Positions 36,866-38,773 of a stretch of 38,773 bases of DNA are shown one piece after another. The notes beneath the pieces are model-generated. The model was given only the letters and a program-made list of their open reading frames with translations. It made no database searches and was not told where the DNA came from. The translations under genes were made by a program, and so were the position numbers. Source of the stretch: a virus (taxonomy: Duplodnaviria > Caudoviricetes); IMG/VR virus record IMGVR_UViG_3300048882_000206, positions 1 through 38,773 of that record, one strand, 5' to 3'. The first letter of the stretch is position 1. Each line of letters starts with the position of its first letter.

Positions 36866-37404
36866 TAGCGCACCTCAATTCCGTTTTCAAATTTGTTTAA
36901 TCTATTTTGCTTAAATTTTTCCGCACGTTTCGGATCATCTATCGCTAGGTTATGCGCCTCAGTTTCTGCAAATTTATCCTGCCACTTATGGGCCAGGACT
37001 TTATGTTCATCGGCCCATCCTGACCGCTCGTACTTATCCCAATAGTGTTGTGATATTACTGCTACTAATGCGTCACCTATTGGATTATCTAATCCAAAGT
37101 ACCGACCCTTTTTTATGACTATTTTTTCTGCGGTTGTTAATACATCCATTACGGTTTGTCTATCGAATCCGCAAAACTCTCCATGCGTTATCACTTGTTC
37201 AGGCTTATCTGTTAGTTGCCTAATTGAATAGCGTTTAGGATCTTCTAACTCCATTCGCTCGGAAGTTATAAAAAACCCGTCGCTCTGTACGTATTCGATT
37301 TCTGTATTGAAAAAGTCCATAGTGTCCTCATCGAACCAATGCTTGCCAGGATGTAGTTCGTTGTATCTCTTAATCAAATCTCGTGTGCTGTTTATGTTTT
37401 CCAT
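36865..37404 (-). CDS. Phage early hypothetical protein
   Basis: HWFD..TM.FF...FFITSE...RYSIR pattern. GAGAGGAAAC RBS. Confidence 0.75.
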   Translation of the reverse strand: MENINSTRDLIKRYNELHPGKHWFDEDTMDFFNTEIEYVQSDGFFITSERMELEDPKRYSIRQLTDKPEQVITHGEFCGFDRQTVMDVLTTAEKIVIKKGRYFGLDNPIGDALVAVISQHYWDKYERSGWADEHKVLAHKWQDKFAETEAHNLAIDDPKRAEKFKQNRLNKFENGIEVR

Positions 37405-37419
37405 TGTTAGTTTCCTCTC

Positions 37420-37968
37420 TTAACTAATGTGTACGATTTGAAAGTTGTCATTTACTGTGTAAGTGACTACATGCTCGCGATCTATCTCGTCTAATAGGTC
37501 ATAAACAATTAATCCTGTAGCTGTATCGAATGAGTAATCCATATATCCCATGCGTACTTCTACTGAGTCTGGATTATTAAAGCCGTCAGCAGTAAACGGC
37601 TCATAGCTAGCTACTAGGTTAATTGTTCCGTTGTGTCGCACGATATCCGAAGTGATACAGATCTCATCTAGGATTCCGAGCTTGATAACTGCTTCGTCAT
37701 TCATTGCCGAGCCGATATGATCCTGATTAGTTTCTTCATCTACCCACATAGACTGATCGTTACCTAAATCAAAGCATTCATTTATACATGGCGACTCTAG
37801 TGCAAATATGTGATCAGATTCGCAACAGTCTGAGACTTCGTCCGCAAAAGTTTTCATGCTATCTATTAAAAACTTTTCTACCTCTTCTTTATTCGTGCCT
37901 ATTGCATGAGTATGTGGATCGTTAAATCTGAACCCTGCGTATCCTACGAATACTTTTTTGTTTTCCAC
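37420..37968 (-). CDS. Acidic early hypothetical protein
   Basis: GTG start with a GAGAGGAAAC RBS, downstream of a promoter. Confidence 0.75.
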   Translation of the reverse strand: MENKKVFVGYAGFRFNDPHTHAIGTNKEEVEKFLIDSMKTFADEVSDCCESDHIFALESPCINECFDLGNDQSMWVDEETNQDHIGSAMNDEAVIKLGILDEICITSDIVRHNGTINLVASYEPFTADGFNNPDSVEVRMGYMDYSFDTATGLIVYDLLDEIDREHVVTYTVNDNFQIVHIS

Positions 37969-38013
37969 TTTTGTTTCCTCTCAACTTTCACTTAGTTCCA
38001 CTTTTCTATAATT

Positions 38014-38042
38014 ACCATACTACTAGTTCCGCTTATATGCAA
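38014..38042 (-). promoter_or_regulatory. Early promoter
   Basis: TTGCAT-17 bp-TATGGT. Confidence 0.65.
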
Positions 38043-38071
38043 GTCCTCTCGTTTTGGTGCTCTTTGGTTCG

Positions 38072-38239
38072 TTATGAATTCAGTATGCTTAAAGCTTGCA
38101 CGTATGCTAAGCATGTTGAGCATGTTTCAGGTGCCTGAAACTTTCCTCTCTTACATCTGAACCTCTCGTGATCACTAGCTAAAGTTTCTAATTGCATTAC
38201 CTTTAGTTTAAAATTCTGCGTGGTTTCTATTTTCAACAT
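38072..38239 (-). CDS. 55-aa hypothetical protein, not in the ORF track
   Basis: Translated by hand (MLKIETTQNFKLKVMQ...CSTCLAYVQALSILNS). GAGAGGAAAC RBS and an H-x4-C...CxxC motif. Confidence 0.65.
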   Translation of the reverse strand: MLKIETTQNFKLKVMQLETLASDHERFRCKRGKFQAPETCSTCLAYVQALSILNS

Positions 38240-38288
38240 TTTCTGTTTCCTCTCTTATTCCGATATCTTATTTCTTAAGATATTCGAC

Positions 38289-38317
38289 AGGCTATCAGAT
38301 CCAGGATCTGATAGCCT
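38289..38317. repeat. Perfect 14-bp inverted repeat with a 1-nt centre
   Basis: AGGCTATCAGATCC-A-GGATCTGATAGCCT. Confidence 0.9.
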
Positions 38318-38327
38318 AGCGAATTCC

Positions 38328-38615
38328 TTAGATGTCACGCCTATCATCATCATATTTCTGATCTATCCTACTAAACGAATACCAAGTATTTTGAATAGCT
38401 GATCGGAATTGGTTTTTATCAAAGCGATCATTATCGATTTCAAAGACTGTTATTAAATTGTCCACTAAACGATCTACAACCCGCGCCGCCTCGGTATGTG
38501 GATCGAAATCGTCCACACCCGCGTCTAATCTAATTCCCGTAACATCTGAGTATTGTTGCAGAGTTTTGTTAATCTGCTTTGCGATACTCTCATAGTGCTT
38601 TTTGCTCATTGCCAT
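38328..38615 (-). CDS. First early gene, phage hypothetical protein
   Basis: MSKKHY..IA...F..DN.RFD...F pattern. GAGAGGAAAC RBS. Confidence 0.75.
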   Translation of the reverse strand: MAMSKKHYESIAKQINKTLQQYSDVTGIRLDAGVDDFDPHTEAARVVDRLVDNLITVFEIDNDRFDKNQFRSAIQNTWYSFSRIDQKYDDDRRDI

Positions 38616-38667
38616 TTTTTTGTTTCCTCTCGTACTTTGTCAATCTATTGATTAACTTACTACGTAT

Positions 38668-38696
38668 AACGTAACATACCATACGGAACTATGCAA
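38668..38696 (-). promoter_or_regulatory. Early promoter
   Basis: TTGCAT-17 bp-TACGTT with an extended -10 TG. Confidence 0.65.
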
Positions 38697-38762
38697 GTAC
38701 CAATATAGACTAAAATGTATGCAAATCTAACACTCTAGAAAATTGGCAAGACCAGTCCCAAA

Positions 38763-38773
38763 GCTAAACACCT
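38763..38773 (+). repeat. Terminal direct repeat or circular-assembly overlap (right copy)
   Basis: Identical to 1-11. Confidence 0.8.

Larger units (their letters stand above)
1..38773. mobile_element. Putative complete tailed bacteriophage genome (podovirus-like, Caudoviricetes)
   Basis: Terminase, portal, capsid, tail, lysis and replication genes lie in two convergent arms, and no host housekeeping genes are present. There is an 11-nt terminal identity. No tape-measure, tube or sheath genes were recognised. Confidence 0.93.

Noticed and set aside
38289-38317. Protelomerase (telRL) target site
   Set aside because: No protelomerase or tyrosine recombinase gene was recognised, and the palindrome has an odd centre.
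27930-38402. + strand ORFs in the leftward arm (e.g. 27930-28340, 29451-29924, 31698-32210)
   Set aside because: They are antisense to motif-bearing, RBS-supported - strand genes.
1-38773. tRNA/rRNA genes, stop-codon recoding and a definite host assignment
   Set aside because: No cloverleaf was seen in the few intergenic gaps, and genes pack well under the standard code. The clues suggest only a monoderm host (Chloroflexota or Actinomycetota plausible), which cannot be resolved without searches.

Overview
The window looks like a complete, circularly assembled 38.8-kb tailed phage genome: bases 1-11 equal bases 38763-38773. It is probably a short-tailed (podovirus-like) phage of a monoderm host, an inference from the r1t-type holin, amidase, parS and GAAC-N4-GTTC-like boxes. 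The + strand (424-27905) carries a GHKL ATPase, a LexA-type DNA-binding domain, terminase, portal, very large putative ejection proteins, scaffold, major capsid, fibre/adaptor/nozzle genes and a lysis cassette. The - strand (38615-27902) carries small early genes, a RecA-family helicase, HNH and PD-(D/E)XK nucleases, and a four-gene envelope/nuclease module. I recognised no integrase, DNA polymerase, primase, parA/parB or full-length CI repressor. Four signals stand out. (1) A + strand stem-loop at 30207-30259 has a loop that is the exact antisense of the GAGAGGAAAC ribosome-binding motif of four early genes, so it is a candidate multi-target antisense RNA. (2) A perfect chromosomal-type parS site lies at 292-307 with no phage ParB. 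(3) An SOS-box-like site precedes the GHKL ATPase and peptidase-less LexA pair. (4) A membrane/transglycosylase/nuclease module sits opposite the lysis genes. All protein calls come from motif recognition and synteny, not database searches.
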